Positions 29,091 through 41,916 of a stretch of 64,000 bases of DNA are shown here, piece after piece. The stretch covers positions 30,656,001 through 30,720,000 of the forward strand of contig CP068257.2 in assembly GCA_009914755.4 (NCBI GenBank), read 5' to 3'. Every line of letters starts with the position of its first letter. Positions within the stretch are counted from its first letter, which is position 1. Under the pieces are notes generated by a model. That model was not told where the DNA came from. It did no database searches and saw nothing but the letters and a program-made list of their open reading frames with translations. This DNA is from the human T2T-CHM13v2.0 reference genome, Homo sapiens. A program made the translations under genes and the position numbers.

Positions 29091-29347
29091 GACAGGGTCT
29101 CACTCTGTCACCCAGACTGGAGTGCAGTAGTGTGATCTCAGCTCACTACAGCCTCAACTGCCTGGGCTCAGGTGATCCTCCCACCTCAGCCTCCAGAGTA
29201 GCTGGGACTACAGGCATCTGCCACCACGCCCGGCTAATTTTTGTAGAGACAGGGTTTCACTATGTTGCCCAGGCTGGTCTCAAGCAATCTCCCCACCTCA
29301 GCCTCCCAAAATGCTAGGATTATAGGTGTGAGCCACTGTGCCTGGCA
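29091..29347 (-). mobile_element. Alu (antisense) in the last URB1 intron
   Basis: Alu consensus in reverse orientation. Confidence 0.88.
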
Positions 29348-29769
29348 AAAATTTATCTTTCTTCTGATGAATATGTGTGGATCCCCTCAAAAAGCTGTTA
29401 CAAGACAAGTCTCTTCCTGGTTCTGACCATCCATGCCAAGAATGACAATGAAATTTGAGAAGAACTTCCCAGAATCATTTCCTACCATTTCCTCAGTGGC
29501 ATGGGTGAGGAGGAGGAGAAAGCTTGCAGGCAAAAAGGCTCAATTCCCCAACTGCGGCCAGACCAGAGGGCAAGGTCACCCTGCTACCAGGTGAGCCTAC
29601 CCGATAGGCTGCCAGCCCCTCCCTCCCCTGGGCCCCCACATTCCTCTGTGAAAGGACAGACCTCTGGGTTACCACACCCACCTCCCTGGAGCTCTAACGG
29701 CCCCCTGGAGCTTGTGCTACTCACTCATTCACACTGCTAGGCTCCTAGTGACTGCCAAGTACATAAACT

Positions 29770-29880
29770 GTTCATGTGCGCATTTATACGCATGTGAAGC
29801 TCTATGTGCACACACACGCGCATGCGCATGCACATGCGCACACATGCAAGCATACGCACGCACGCGCGCACACAGCTGGC
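29770..29880. repeat. Alternating purine/pyrimidine CpG-containing tract (GCGCATGCGCACACATGC-type)
   Basis: Direct reading. It lies in the last URB1 intron. It accounts for the H/A/R/T-rich + ORFs at 29712-30085. Confidence 0.85.
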
Positions 29881-30223
29881 CACATGTGAAACAGAACTCA
29901 TCATGTGCCTAATGGTCAGAAACCCATTGCCCTGCGGGGTGGAGGGATGCCAAGGTTCTGAGGTGCCCTCTCTGCACCGTCAACATAACCAGCACCAAAG
30001 GTTTCCCCTGCAAGCAAAGGCAAAGACTTCCTTCCCTTCACATTCACTGCCCAGTGGCAAGCTCTCTGCAACCCCAGAACCGTAAGGGGCCACCTAAACA
30101 AGCACAATACCCAGCTGAGGAAGTCAGCAGAAACCTGAGTGTTCTAAGCACAGAAATCACTCCTGCCCCCAGGCCCACTTCTGCATCTATTTCTTCAGCC
30201 TCCAACAAAAGAACCAGCCTTAC

Positions 30224-30823
30224 CTTGTGTGGCTTCATCCTTCTCACTCAGAGAAGACAGGGAGAGGGCTTCCATGGCCGGGTGGAAGGGGCTCCCTGCC
30301 CGGCCCTGGGCGGCCACCAGCTGCAGCATGACCGTATTGAACAGGCAGGCCACCTCCTGCACAGGCCCTGCCAGCCCCTCAGCCCCACAGAGCCGGCTAT
30401 ACAGCCTGAATATGCTGCTCCTCACGGCACTGTCCTTAAGGAGGTCAGCCACGACCACAGGGTGTGGCAAAATATGGCTCTTAAGCCAGCCAATGAGTCC
30501 TGCAGCCTCTGCCCTGCTGAGCGGGTGCTCGGCCACCGACCGCAGCACCCAACTGACTGCCAGGGAAGCGGCAGCATATACGGGGCCTGGCGCATCGCTC
30601 TCGGGGCTGGCTGAGTCCACAGGCTCCTGAGTGGGGTCAGGACCAGGGATCACTGGTCTCCAGTAAGTCAAGATGGACCTCAGGAGGCCCTTGCATGTCT
30701 CCAAGGTAGATGCCATCAGCTCAGGGTCAGCCATCTCCTCTGCCTCCCCAGGCCTCCTCTTTCGGCCCCGTGGGCCTTTGGCTCGGGCTGGCATGACAGG
30801 CTTGTTCTTATCCTTGAGCATTT
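30224..30823 (-). CDS. URB1: URB1 large penultimate coding exon (600 nt): (K)MLKDKNKPVMPARAKGPRGRKRRPGEAEEMADPELMASTLETCKGLL...AMEALSLSSLSEKDEATQ
   Basis: Acceptor ttctctttgtgcatttaacag|AAATGCTC and donor ACACAAG|gtaaggctgg. 199-codon open frame. Confidence 0.88.
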
Positions 30824-31433
30824 CTGTTAAATGCACAAAGAGAAGGTAATGAGACTGGGGTCCCTCCTGCCCACACAGATCCAGATGTGGGGAGGTGTCA
30901 ATGGGGGACACGAGGGGCGGCTTGCATGTCCTGAGCACCCGGCCCTGCTCCCACGTCAGGAGCCTGGTGAGTGCTCGATGTTTCACTACGCCTGTCATCA
31001 CTGTTATTATAACCAACTTATTAATCCTCACACCATGAGGTAGAAGCCATTACTGTCCTCTTTAAACACAGGGAATCAGGACAGCATCAGAGCTTCAGTC
31101 CAGGAGGCCAGGTTCCAGTCTTTTCCTTAACCCTGCACTACAGGAGGAGGTTGGGGCAAGTAGCTCATAGCTACCCCCAGCCTCTTTACAGGTGAGCACC
31201 ATGATACTAAGGTAGGTGAAGTGACTTCTCCAAAGACAGGGAGCTAGTAAGCAGCTGGGCTGAAACTCAAAGGCTGCCCAGCTCCCCATCCAGGGCTCCA
31301 AGATGGATGTGTCCCATCTCTGAGCCTCATTAGCTTTGGAAATGTGGCTGAGAGACAGAGAGAGAGGGAGGGACGGACAGGGTGAGAGAGACATGTTGGC
31401 TACTCTGGGCCAGTCCTGGGTTCTGACACTCAC

Positions 31434-31675
31434 TCATGAGCTCCCGGGCTTGGGCCTTCTCAATGGCTGCTCTCAGGTCTTCCTGGAGCTTGAGGTCTCT
31501 TTCAATGAGGCTCCACTTGTGCAAGAGGACAAGGACGTCCTTGGTGGAAAGCACTGTCTCATTTACGGTGAATCTGTTCATGTCCCTAAAGGCCTGTATG
31601 ACAGTGGCCCGGTACCTCAGCACGGAGTCAAGTGTCCCGAAGAAGTTGGTCAGCTGGACGGGGGCCAAGGTGGGC
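31434..31675 (-). CDS. URB1: URB1 exon (1 nt start, ends +1): (R)PTLAPVQLTNFFGTLDSVLRYRATVIQAFRDMNRFTVNETVLSTKDVLVLLHKWSLIERDLKLQEDLRAAIEKAQARELM
   Basis: Acceptor ttgactcccaaacag|GCCCACC and donor CTCATGA|gtgagtgtcag. Confidence 0.82.
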
Positions 31676-32974
31676 CTGTTTGGGAGTCAATGTTACAGAC
31701 TGAGCAAAGGCTGCTGCCCCTGCCTGGCAGTCAGCACTGCGGCACCCTGACGACATCACACACCCAGAGGTGCACACAGTCCCTCCAGGAACCAGGTTTT
31801 CCTGCACAGCAGACATCTAGCATGGGCCCCCAGGACGCAGAAAAGAAAAAAGTGAGCCACTCCAGGAAGGCACAAAGGGGACCTGGAGTCTGACCTGCAC
31901 CCCACAGGCACAGAAACCTCCTGAAACCCTGGCTAAACAGGGCAGCCAAACACACAGCTTGACAGCCAGGGTGCCAAGAGCCTGCGAGGGCTCCACTCCA
32001 GGCCTGCCAGTTTCCCTTGCCTCACAGACCACCAGTAAAGTGAGAAAAACCCAGGGAGGCCCTGGGACAGTGTCACCACCCACGGCCAAAACCTGATGAC
32101 CACCAGGAGGAAAAAGATCTCCCTGAATTCCAAGACAGTTAAAGCCTGTAACATCAGTTCCACACAATTGTAAACATAAAACCAGTATTTTAAATAGCAA
32201 CTGGTTCTTAGACACCAGCATGTCTTCCGAAGATCCCTACATAGGAAAGGTTGACTATCCAGCACGGACTTAACAATTTGGTTTTGAACAATACAAAACA
32301 AAAGGCCTTGTTCTTTTTATCAGGACATTTTTCCTTCTGAGATTACAATCCTCTTGCTACCAACCTTCTGGTTCCGGTTAGCATAACTTGGCTCCCAAAT
32401 CAGAAATAATGAGTGTACACAGTGTATTTTCTGTAACATGGTAGAATTGGAGGGAAATTTAGCTCTTCTGAGGAAACCAAAAGCATGACTCCAAGGGATC
32501 GGAGGAAAATACTGAAACATTCCAGAGAATTCATGGACAATGAGTCTTCGCAGGCTAATGAAGGCAGAGGCAAGTTTGGGAACACCCTGTCTTATGTTAG
32601 AGTCACAGAAAATATTTTCTTTCTAAGAAACATCACTTGATTCAAGTGTTTGAATCACAGTATCAAGGCAGATGGCTCGCCAGCTAAAAATGACCTCGTA
32701 CGATGCACATTAGGTGTTAATGTTAACAAGTATGTTAAGTTCTCGGGGTCTTGACAAGAAGCTTTATAAAATTGAAGGGCAAAGAAAGAGCTAATAAAAT
32801 AGATGTTCTGACACTACCTACACCTGACACTGGTGCTCTGCCCCAATCCACAGCAGATCACGGCCCAGCGTCCCCCTGGTACAGAGTCATGACTGAGACA
32901 TGGTGTCCACAGGTGGCAGACCAACACAGCATCCAAGAGGCCAGAAGGGCCCCCCTGGCGGGGGCAGGACTCAC

Positions 32975-33172
32975 CTCAGGTGCTTCATGAGCACGATGAG
33001 AACATAAAGGAACTCATTGACCAGGTGCAGGGCAAGCCGCTTGGCAGGCTCCTGGGAGCTAGGCTGGCAAAGGCGCTGGCTCTCCCACTCCACTGCCTTG
33101 TCCCCCAGGTTGGTCACCCACAGTGTGTGTAGCAAGGAGATCACATTAGACAGCAGCGGAGTCTCCAGAAAC
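32975..33172 (-). CDS. URB1: URB1 exon (1 nt start, ends +2): (K)FLETPLLSNVISLLHTLWVTNLGDKAVEWESQRLCQPSSQEPAKRLALHLVNEFLYVLIVLMKHL
   Basis: Acceptor tgttgtgcttggttttag|GTTTCTGG and donor CACCTGAG|gtgagtcctg. Confidence 0.85.
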
Positions 33173-34288
33173 CTAAAACCAAGCACAACAGCCTTCAATC
33201 CGCCACATCCTGACCTTTCAGCAGGATCAGACTATCGCCCTCCATAATCCTATCTGCTCATCCCCCTAGATAAGCATAGTCTCCAAGTAAAAACAGGGTG
33301 CTTGCTATACAAACGCAGCTTCCACACAGGACAAGGTGCACCGTCCTAACAGAAGATTGCCCTAAGTCCCTCCAAAAATTCAGGAGCCGCTGGGGCACAC
33401 TAATAAAAACTGTCCTGTTCATGACAACAACTCAATTTCTAAAACAAGACACTATAAGCCAGGAACATTAGCTAATTGTGCCTTTTATAAACCTGAAACA
33501 GTCTTGAAGTTGATGTCCAAATACACATTCTAATTTTGGATATTAATTTCTTCCCCCCACCCACTTTTTTTGTTGTTTGCAGATGTACTTGGATATATTA
33601 GTTTCTTTTAGAGAAATTTCAGGAAATGCTTTTAAAAAAATGCACAAAAGGGCCTGCATTCTCCCAGGCTTATTATAGTAGTTAGTTCTTTGTAAGACAG
33701 AGCCCTCCCGCCAAGTGCTGTCTGCTGTGACAGGGTCTTCATCTTTTCAGACAGTCTCAAACAGCAGGAGAATCAGGAATCACAATAAATCATCAAGTTC
33801 AGACCCCTGGTGCTGCTCCTCTAATGCGGGCTCATCACTGAGGACAGAGACCCTGCACTGACAGCAGAGCCCTGTCACCCGTCAGACCGGCCTTCCTGCA
33901 AGAGGGCTGCAGCTGCTAAAGCCTTAGAGAACAGGACATTCACTTCAGAGCACAGAAGGCTGCTGGGACACCGGGGAGGAGTCTGACCTGTGCAGAACAG
34001 AGCCAGACAGGCTGGCGGAGACTCTGCCAGATGTGAACAGCAGCTGGTGTCTGCTGTCCCATGGCAGACAAGAGACACTCAAGGAAAGGCTGTGAATGGA
34101 GGAAAGGCACTTTGGCACTGCCAGGAACGGGACTGCCAGGCATATGGTAGCATTGGAGGACACTGCATTTCAGAGAGCATGGATTTTACTGGACATTTCC
34201 AACCAACAACAGAGCTGGCAGCAGACGTCATCGTTTCTGTTCCTTTCCTTCCCACCTGACGCGCACCTCGCATGCAAAAGGTACTTAC

Positions 34289-34398
34289 TTGCTTTCAAGG
34301 ATGTGTAAAATCCATGTTAAAAGGCTATAGTCTCGTATGATTTCATACGCAGATCTGGCAACCTGGGCAGCATTCTGTAGAATTTCCAGAATCCAATT
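34289..34398 (-). CDS. URB1: URB1 exon (phase 0, ends +2): NWILEILQNAAQVARSAYEIIRDYSLLTWILHILES
   Basis: Acceptor gttttcag|AATTGG and donor GCAA|gtaagtacc. Single open frame. 'AA' plus G of the next exon gives Lys. Too short (36 codons) to appear in the ORF track. Confidence 0.75.
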
Positions 34399-35558
34399 CT
34401 GAAAACCCCAAACAAGAAGTTACTCTTCAGTGAGAAAACCCACTTTACTTGATTAAAGAAACCGTTTTAAAAATTAATGGTATGGTGCCATTACAGGTGG
34501 TGGCTGCAAATGAAGCCTGCTTTGCTAAGTCCGTCAGAGCGGTGGCCATGTACGAACGTGCCCTTCCCTACAAGAGACAGCCAGAGGACACAGACTTCCA
34601 CAGCAATCTCTGGGCCCGGGGATCCCCACTTCCGTTAATCCATCATCTGGAACCCACCCACAAGCAAAGATGCACCACAGAAGCCAAATGGCCCAGATGC
34701 GCAGCCACCGGCACAGGGAGTGCGTGAGGGCCCGCCTCCAGGCCAGCTGCTGGCCGCCAGCCACGAGCCATGCGGCCCTGTGTTTACCACCTGGAAGGGA
34801 GGACATAAAAATGGGATGGTCCCCTGACTTGTTCATGGGGTGCTTCAGAATTCTCACATGCCATAGAAAACAAAAAGTTACTATACTCAAATTCAGTTTA
34901 TTCAAATGGGCTTCTTAATCTTGACTTACTCCTATTTACCCACATTTTACATATGAGAAACAAAAGCTGACTACGCTAGAAATTAATCAAAATACTAAAA
35001 GCTTTTCCTATTTCCTTCTACCACCTACCTGTAATATTTAGAAGGTACACACACCAGCTCTTGGTTCCTGACTGGCTAGGTGAGGCTGTCTGTTTCAACC
35101 TGACCCTTGCTTTCTAAATGAGTTCTGATGACCCCCAACTTCTGTAGTAGGTGGAATCCTGGTGATTCAAAAGTGCCTCAGAGTACCTCAGTCACTGACA
35201 GGGGGTTTCTAGACTTGTGACCACTCTGAAGGCTCATGATTACTGATCAGTACCCCCCACTGATGGCCTTCGTATATGCCAAGGGCCGTATACACAGTAG
35301 GAGGGTTGCAGTGAAGAGTATTTAGAGGACAAATGACACTGGGGGTCACAACACTGCAGCCTCAAGTGAATCCACCTGCTCTGCATGCAGGGAACAGGAC
35401 AGGCGCTCTCAACATCTCACTTCCCCTAACTGAGAGCCAGGGTTAGGTCGGTCGTGTCCAGGCTGGGAACTGAATTCATACGGACTTGACTTCCAGATAA
35501 AATCTTAAGAAGGGGCACAGACCTCTCGCTCTCAAATAAGCTTGCGGAACCCATGTAC

Positions 35559-35702
35559 CTGTGCTGCCTCGTCACACAGCGGGCTGTGGAAGAAGGACAG
35601 GATGATGTGGAAGATGCCACGCCGGGCACACAGTTCGTAGCACTGCTTGTCACGGATCCCCTGCCGCAGAAGGCCAAACACCCACTTCTGCTCTGTTTTT
35701 TG
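35559..35702 (-). CDS. URB1: URB1 exon (phase 0 to 0): QKTEQKWVFGLLRQGIRDKQCYELCARRGIFHIILSFFHSPLCDEAAQ
   Basis: Donor GCACAG|gtacatggg is clear. The acceptor is taken as ttttttgtgtgcctgggttaaag|CAAAAAAC because it keeps phase. An alternative AG at 35693/35694 (exon start 35692) is possible. Confidence 0.65.
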
Positions 35703-36235
35703 CTTTAACCCAGGCACACAAAAAACTGTTGTTAATAAGTGAAAGTCCTTTCATCTGACAACTGTTCAAACACCACTATTTTAAGTGGTGGCAAAAGTTG
35801 TAACACAGCAGCCCTGACCTCCATGTCTGATTATGAAAAATCCCTGATCTCATCTTTGATTCCATTTCTTCAGGTCAGAAATAGAGGATCGAGTCAAGTT
35901 TAAATACTGAAGTCAGATAAGTATTCTATAAAAGAATATTTAATATGAATATCTAAAAACAGAATTTAATATTTAACCCAGTGATTCACCAAGAAAATAT
36001 GAGAATGTCGTAAAACTCAGGACTCTGAAGCAGTGTTTTTAAGGTTTGAGGCGCCATGTAGAAGTGAGCCAACAGCACGGAGACATTCCGAAGTGCAGGC
36101 CTGCGTGGCCACCGACTGCACAATCGTGTTGGCCGTGCAGCATACAGGATCCATGGGGAAATGTCAGAATGACAACGGTGGCTGCATCATCAATTCAGGG
36201 GCCTGCAGAAAGCCGTGAGGACTCTGGAAGCATAC

Positions 36236-36342
36236 CTCAAAGTCGGAGCTGTAGAAGAACTGGTAGAAGCCTGGCACTTTGTCCATGTTCAAGTACTCAT
36301 GCGACAGCAGGAAGTTGCTGACCTTCAGGTACATGTGCTCCT
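36236..36342 (-). CDS. URB1: URB1 exon (2 nt start, ends phase 0): (E)EHMYLKVSNFLLSHEYLNMDKVPGFYQFFYSSDFE
   Basis: Acceptor actgcctgtgttctcag|AGGAGCAC and donor TTTGAG|gtatgcttcc. Confidence 0.85.
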
Positions 36343-37423
36343 CTGAGAACACAGGCAGTCAGTCAGTCATGGCAGGCCCCAGCAGGACGCCCCCTGGTCT
36401 GGCAGCACTAAGAGGCAGGCATTCTGGGTATCAGACATAAATCCCCTCCCAGGAACTTTTGTGTCCTGACCCAGAGGACTGGCTCTTGAGAATGAGAACA
36501 GAATTCAACACGTCAGCTCCATACCACACATGGGCTTGCTCTCCTAGCTCTGAAACCACTGCTGGATGTTGAGTCCTTCAGGGACCTCGCACCCTCCGCC
36601 TCCCCAGCTACCATCCTACAGCACAGGCTTCAAACCAGCCGGTGGGAAGGGTGGGACTTGGTCACACATCCCACAGATCAGGGCTGACACCACACCCACC
36701 CGCTGCACCTGCCTCTAGCTTCTCACTGAAAGGAACCGTCACAGCGGGGGAGGCTCAGACACTACTGAGTGCCTCTGGAATGCAGCAACGCAGAGGGCAA
36801 CGGACACCCTAGCTCCTGCTACCTCCTATCCTTGGATCACCAATGAGTCTACCCCATGACCATGCTGCCCTGCACACGCTCCACCCCGACATGAGCACCG
36901 GTGTGGGACACAGCCACACCCAGGACCAAAACCATCATGGTCTCTGCCAATTATTTTCTTCCCCTTCCAAATCTCCAAGGCAAGTAAATCCATGGAATAA
37001 AATGAAATGGGAGCAGATGAAAATGAGATCTGAATTCTAATAGCAACTTGACTGTGAACTAACTGTGGGGCCTTGACAAGCTATCTACCCTTGGGAGCCT
37101 CAGTTAGTGAGTATGGGGGATACAGGTGGAAACAGCACCCTGTGGTCCCTGATGGTACCAACTTTCTATGATTTTTCTCTCAATAACCAAAAAAAGTCTT
37201 AGAATGAGCTAACTTCTAGTCACACTATCTTAGCAGTGGTACCCCCATTCCTGTAACAAAAAGGAGCCTTGTTCTAACAGCGTGGATTACACATGTGCAG
37301 TACTCACATACCAAAAGCTTTGTAGCTAAGGACCCGTGAGCCTAAGCATGAATCAATGATGAATAATGGCGGTGATGGTGACGGCAGCTATCACTGATGA
37401 GTTTTTACTGTGCCAGGCACTTA

Positions 37424-37738
<315 letters not shown>

Positions 37739-38596
37739 TGTGATCCTCATCACCCTCACAGCAATGCTAGAGGCAGTGAGTCCGATCATCACCCCATCTT
37801 AGAGGAGGAAACGGGCATGGGGAAGTCCAGGACCGTCTGGCTGTGTCCACGCTTTCAGCCCCTGGGTTCCAATCCCTATGATGTGATTGGCCCACATTTT
37901 AACTTCAGTTTTATTTGCTCTCACCACAGCTTCCTATAACTACAAGCGAATATGAATATATACTCTTTCCCTCCATTATAAATACTGTTCTGCACTTTGC
38001 TTTGCCATCTACTTTTTTCTGGATTTCACCCCCCAGGGGTCCATGACGAGCTTCCTCATAGCCATCACCTATTTACTGTCCAGAGCTGATGGGGACTTCG
38101 GTGGCTCCTCATCTTCCACAATCATGAGCACGGAGTGGCCTTGAACACAGATGTGTGACCCACTATACCTGTGGGACTAATCCCTAGAAGTAGACTTGCT
38201 CAGCTTCAGCTTTTCAATTTCCCCTCAACCTAATTATGTCAGTGGTACCTGGTTTCAAAATCTGCAGGGCTGCTTTGGCAATGAAGAGAGCCAAGGTAAA
38301 AGTAAGTCTCATGTCCTGAGTTCGAATCCCATTCCGGACTACATCCAACAGGTAAAGTAGCTTGAAAACAGAACAGAAAAGGAAAATGTAAGATGAGCGT
38401 GTTCAGAGCTATGGTCAGTCCTCTCTGGTGCAGCCGAACCAGGGCTCAGCAGGGTGTGCCTGCTTCTCATATCCCAGGGGCCACTGAAGACGAAGCTCAC
38501 AGGAGCAGACACACTACTTGCCAGCATCTCTGGAACGCTTTTCGTTTTTATTTTAGGAGTCAGTCAGGTGCACAACAGCAGAGAGAAGTCTGGCAC

Positions 38597-38714
38597 CATG
38601 CCCTGAAAATCTAATCTGCTCTTGTTCCTCCAGCACCATGGGGTACAGGTTTCTAAGGTTCAGTGTGTCGTGGATAATAGCCACCTTAACCACTGAGTTT
38701 AGACCAAAGAAATA
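38597..38714 (-). CDS. URB1: Tentative URB1 exon (phase 0, ends +1): YFFGLNSVVKVAIIHDTLNLRNLYPMVLEEQEQIRFSGH
   Basis: An exon with phase 0 start and +1 end is required between 38987 and 36342. The only open frame nearby is the 38553-38807 minus ORF. The only phase-correct sites in it are a weak acceptor ttctactgag|TAT and a weak donor CATG|gtgcca. Confidence 0.3.
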
Positions 38715-38986
38715 CTCAGTAGAAGTCATATAATTTTGTCTACACACAACACAAGAAAGCCTGTAAGGAGAAACCTTTCTCAACCTCCACGGGGGGTTGT
38801 GGATCAAAGGCGACCTCCGGGATCACCTCCTAAGGGAACAGACTTTTGCTCTTCAGCAGAGATCTCCCGGCAACATGCCACCTCCGTGTTCCCTAGTAAA
38901 TCCTTCTACCAAACCGGGTGGACAGCCAGCTCTCTGAAGTCCGCCAGGCCCACCCCCACAGTAGGATGTACGCTCTTCCTACTTAC

Positions 38987-39147
38987 CTGGGACTGCTCTT
39001 GGAACCGTGCGCCCTCCAAGTGCGAGTAGTAGGCCGCCAGGACATGGTAGGCTATGGCTCGCATCTGGGGGTCATAGCTGCTGAGGGCTGTGACAGTTAG
39101 GCCCAGAGCATTTGAATCCAAAAATTTTCGACAATCCACCACAAACT
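38987..39147 (-). CDS. URB1: URB1 exon (2 nt start, ends phase 0): (E)FVVDCRKFLDSNALGLTVTALSSYDPQMRAIAYHVLAAYYSHLEGARFQEQSQ
   Basis: Acceptor tttcatttcctgcag|AGTTTGTGG and donor TCCCAG|gtaagtagg. Both are strong sites. Confidence 0.85.
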
Positions 39148-40029
39148 CTGCAGGAAATGAAATACAGCATGAAACACACACAATATGATTTTATTATTCT
39201 TGTTAACCTGGAGAATTAAATTTCCTCTTGTGTCTTACCAATAGCTACATGTGCCAAGCACAAGGAATGCAAGTCTCTCTCCAACTCCTCCTAACTTCTG
39301 CTGAAGTTAGACAAAAAAACCTCTTCCTTTATGTGGCAATAATGACCATACCTTCAGTTTCTAAAATGCTCATACATCCCAACCAGGATAATTTCATTAT
39401 TTCTCATAAACACCCAATGAGTCAGGATATTGGAGGTGACACTGAGACCCACTGCGGAGACCCCAGCATGCCAGAGGCCTGGGGAACACAACTGGGAATC
39501 AGCAGAGAAAATCAGTCCCCAGCTTCCACCTTGCTCAGCCCTCCACCGCGGGCGCCTGTCTATAAGCATCACCGAGGAAAGCACACACAGCAGTGAAAGC
39601 AGGAAAAGGCAGCTGATGCCAACCAGCCCGACAAAGGACTCACTCACACCCACTCTGCAACCCTAGCTCTTCCTTCAAATAAACAACACAAGTCTCACAG
39701 AAAAGTGGCTCATCAAGCTTAAGCAAAAGCTACGGTCCAGAGAGCCTGTTGGCTGGTATCCATTTGCCATTTGTGAGGCCGAGAGAAGCTGACAATCACT
39801 AGAGGAGAGGAGAAGACTCACAGAGAGAGGGAGAAGGTCAGACACATGAGGGGATGCGCCTTACCACAACCTAGAGGGCTCTTCACTAACGAAACTGAGG
39901 ACACCTTCCCACTCCTTAATAAAAACCCAGGCTATTCTACAAGATAAATACTGTCAAGAAGAACCTTAGAATAGGAATTAATTATTAATGATTAAACTGA
40001 TCATGATAATTATCCACAATGATGTTCTC

Positions 40030-41915
40030 GAGATAGAGTGACCAGTGGCCTAATTGGGAACCAAACACAAGCCAACTGAAATGACTACTCCAAATGAGTA
40101 ATCATGGAATATAACATCAATAAGAGATAGTCCATTGATGACATTTTTAAAAGTTAAAGAAAGATAAAGCATTTTAAGCAGGGACACAGAAGATACAAAA
40201 ACCCAAAACCAAGCTTCTAGAGATGAAAACTAAAATATCTGAGCTGAAAAATGCATTGGATGGTGAAATGGTTTGGATTTGTGGCCCTACCCAAATCTCA
40301 TGTTGAATTACAAACCCCCATGTTGGAGGTGGGGACTCCGGTGGGAGGTGATTGGATCTCGGGGCAGATTTCCCCTTCCTGTTCTCATGCTAGTGAGTTC
40401 TCACAAGAGCTGGTTGTTTAGAAGCGTGTGGCACTGCCCCACTTCCTCCTGCTCTGGCATGTAAGATGTGCCTGCTTTCCCTTTGCCTTCTACCATAATT
40501 GAAAGTTTCCTGAGGCCTCCCCAGCCATGCTTCCTACACAGACTATGAAACCATGAGTCAATTAAACCTCTTTTCTTGATCAATTATCCAGTCTCGGGTT
40601 CTTTATACCAGTGCAAGAATGGACCAATAGAGATGGGATTATCAGTGATTAGACACTAGACCAAAAAGGATTAGCGAACTTAAGACAGCAATAGAAACTA
40701 TCCAAGCTGAAAACACAGAGAGGAAAAATATGAACAGAACATCAGTGTCCTGTGGGTATGTGTAATAGGGGGTCCCTGAAAAAAATCCGAAGAAATAATG
40801 GCCAAAACTTTTTGAAATCTGACCAAAAAAAACTATAAACCTAGACAGCCAAGAAACTCAAAACATAAAACATTAAGAATATCATGCAAGCATCATCACA
40901 AATAAAGCATATATATTTATATATAAAAGAAAATCACACGAAAGCACATTGTGATCAAATTGTTTGACACCAGTGATTTAAAAAAAATCTTAAGAGCAGC
41001 CACATGACATACAGAAGAATGAAGATAAGAATGGCAGATTTCTTGTCAGAAATAACTCAATTCAGAAACCAGAGGAGCAACTTCTTTAAAGTACTGTAAG
41101 AAAAAAAACTGTCAACCTTGAATTTTATACCCCATCAAAATCTTTCAAAAGTTAAGACTTTTTTCAGACACAAAAAAGCTAAAACAATTGGTCACCAGTA
41201 TCAAAATCTTTCAAAAGTTAAGACTTTTTTCAGACACAAAAAAGCTAAAACAATTGGTCACCAGTAGACTTGAACAATAAGAATTCTTAAAGGAAGTATT
41301 TTAGGAAGAAGAAAAATGATACCAGATAGAAATCTAGATCTACACAAAGGAATGGTAACAATATGGCAAATATCAAATATTTACACTTCTTTTAGAAATA
41401 ATGACAATTTGAAGCAAAAACAACACTATATTGTAGGGTTTATAGCATACTGAAATGTAATGCATGACAAGAATAGCAGAAAAGCCAGAAGGGAGGAAAT
41501 GGATCTATACTGTTACAAGGTCCTTATACTATACATGAAGTGGTATCATCTCACTTGAAGATAAACTATAATAGATTGAAGATGTGTACTATAAACCCTA
41601 AAGCAACCAGTAAAAATATGCATGCATGCACTCATACACATACAAAAGTTGCAGGTAAAAGTCAACAAGAGATAAAATAGAGTCAGATCAATAATCACAT
41701 TAAATATAAATGATGTATGCACTCCAAAATAAAAGGCAGAGATGGTCAGATTAGATAAAAAGCAGAACCTAGGTACATGCTGCCTTCAAGAAACCCATTT
41801 TCAATATCAAGACATAGACTAAAAGTGAAAGGATGAAAAGAGCATAGTCAGATGACTCTTGGGCATAGCAGTTTAGGAACAAAATTTTCTAATTCTCTTA
41901 TCTCTACTTTTTTAA
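40030..41915 (+). mobile_element. L1-derived sequence (ORF1 / ORF2-start region), with an internal 63-bp tandem duplication at 41130-41260
   Basis: ggcagagatggtcagattagataaaaagcagaacctaggtacatgctgccttcaagaaacccattt matches the L1 ORF1/ORF2 junction. Confidence 0.6.
40255..40620 (+). mobile_element. MaLR LTR of the THE1/MST family
   Basis: ttggatttgtggccctacccaaatctcatgttgaattacaaaccccc...tgagtcaattaaacctcttttcttgatcaattatccagtctcgggttctttataccagtgcaagaatggaccaata matches the THE1/MST-type LTR consensus as I recall it. Related copies lie at about 15040-15420 and 59755-60190. Confidence 0.55.
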
Positions 41916-41916
41916 A

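Noticed and set aside
30054-30630. + strand ORFs of 186 and 133 aa
   Set aside because: Antisense to the well-supported URB1 600-nt exon (30224-30823). The composition is Ala/Ser/Pro-rich, typical of reverse-frame reading of a GC-rich exon.
31336-31893. + ORF of 185 aa and a minus ORF at 31817-32221
   Set aside because: Antisense or intronic read-through next to the URB1 exon 31434-31675. Low-complexity translation with no exon signals.
38290-38345. GAGTTCGAATCCC motif resembling a tRNA T-arm
   Set aside because: Too short for a tRNA and lacks acceptor/anticodon arm structure. More likely a fragment of a tRNA-derived SINE (MIR-like).
38553-38807. Minus ORF of 84 aa ending in TAA immediately followed by AATAAAAACG (possible internal terminal exon plus poly(A) signal)
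   Set aside because: There is no supporting upstream acceptor in phase 1, and the only strong acceptor (gtgtag|A) is out of phase with the preceding exon. The AATAAA is probably coincidental in an AT-rich intron. Part of this ORF is retained only as a low-confidence internal URB1 exon.
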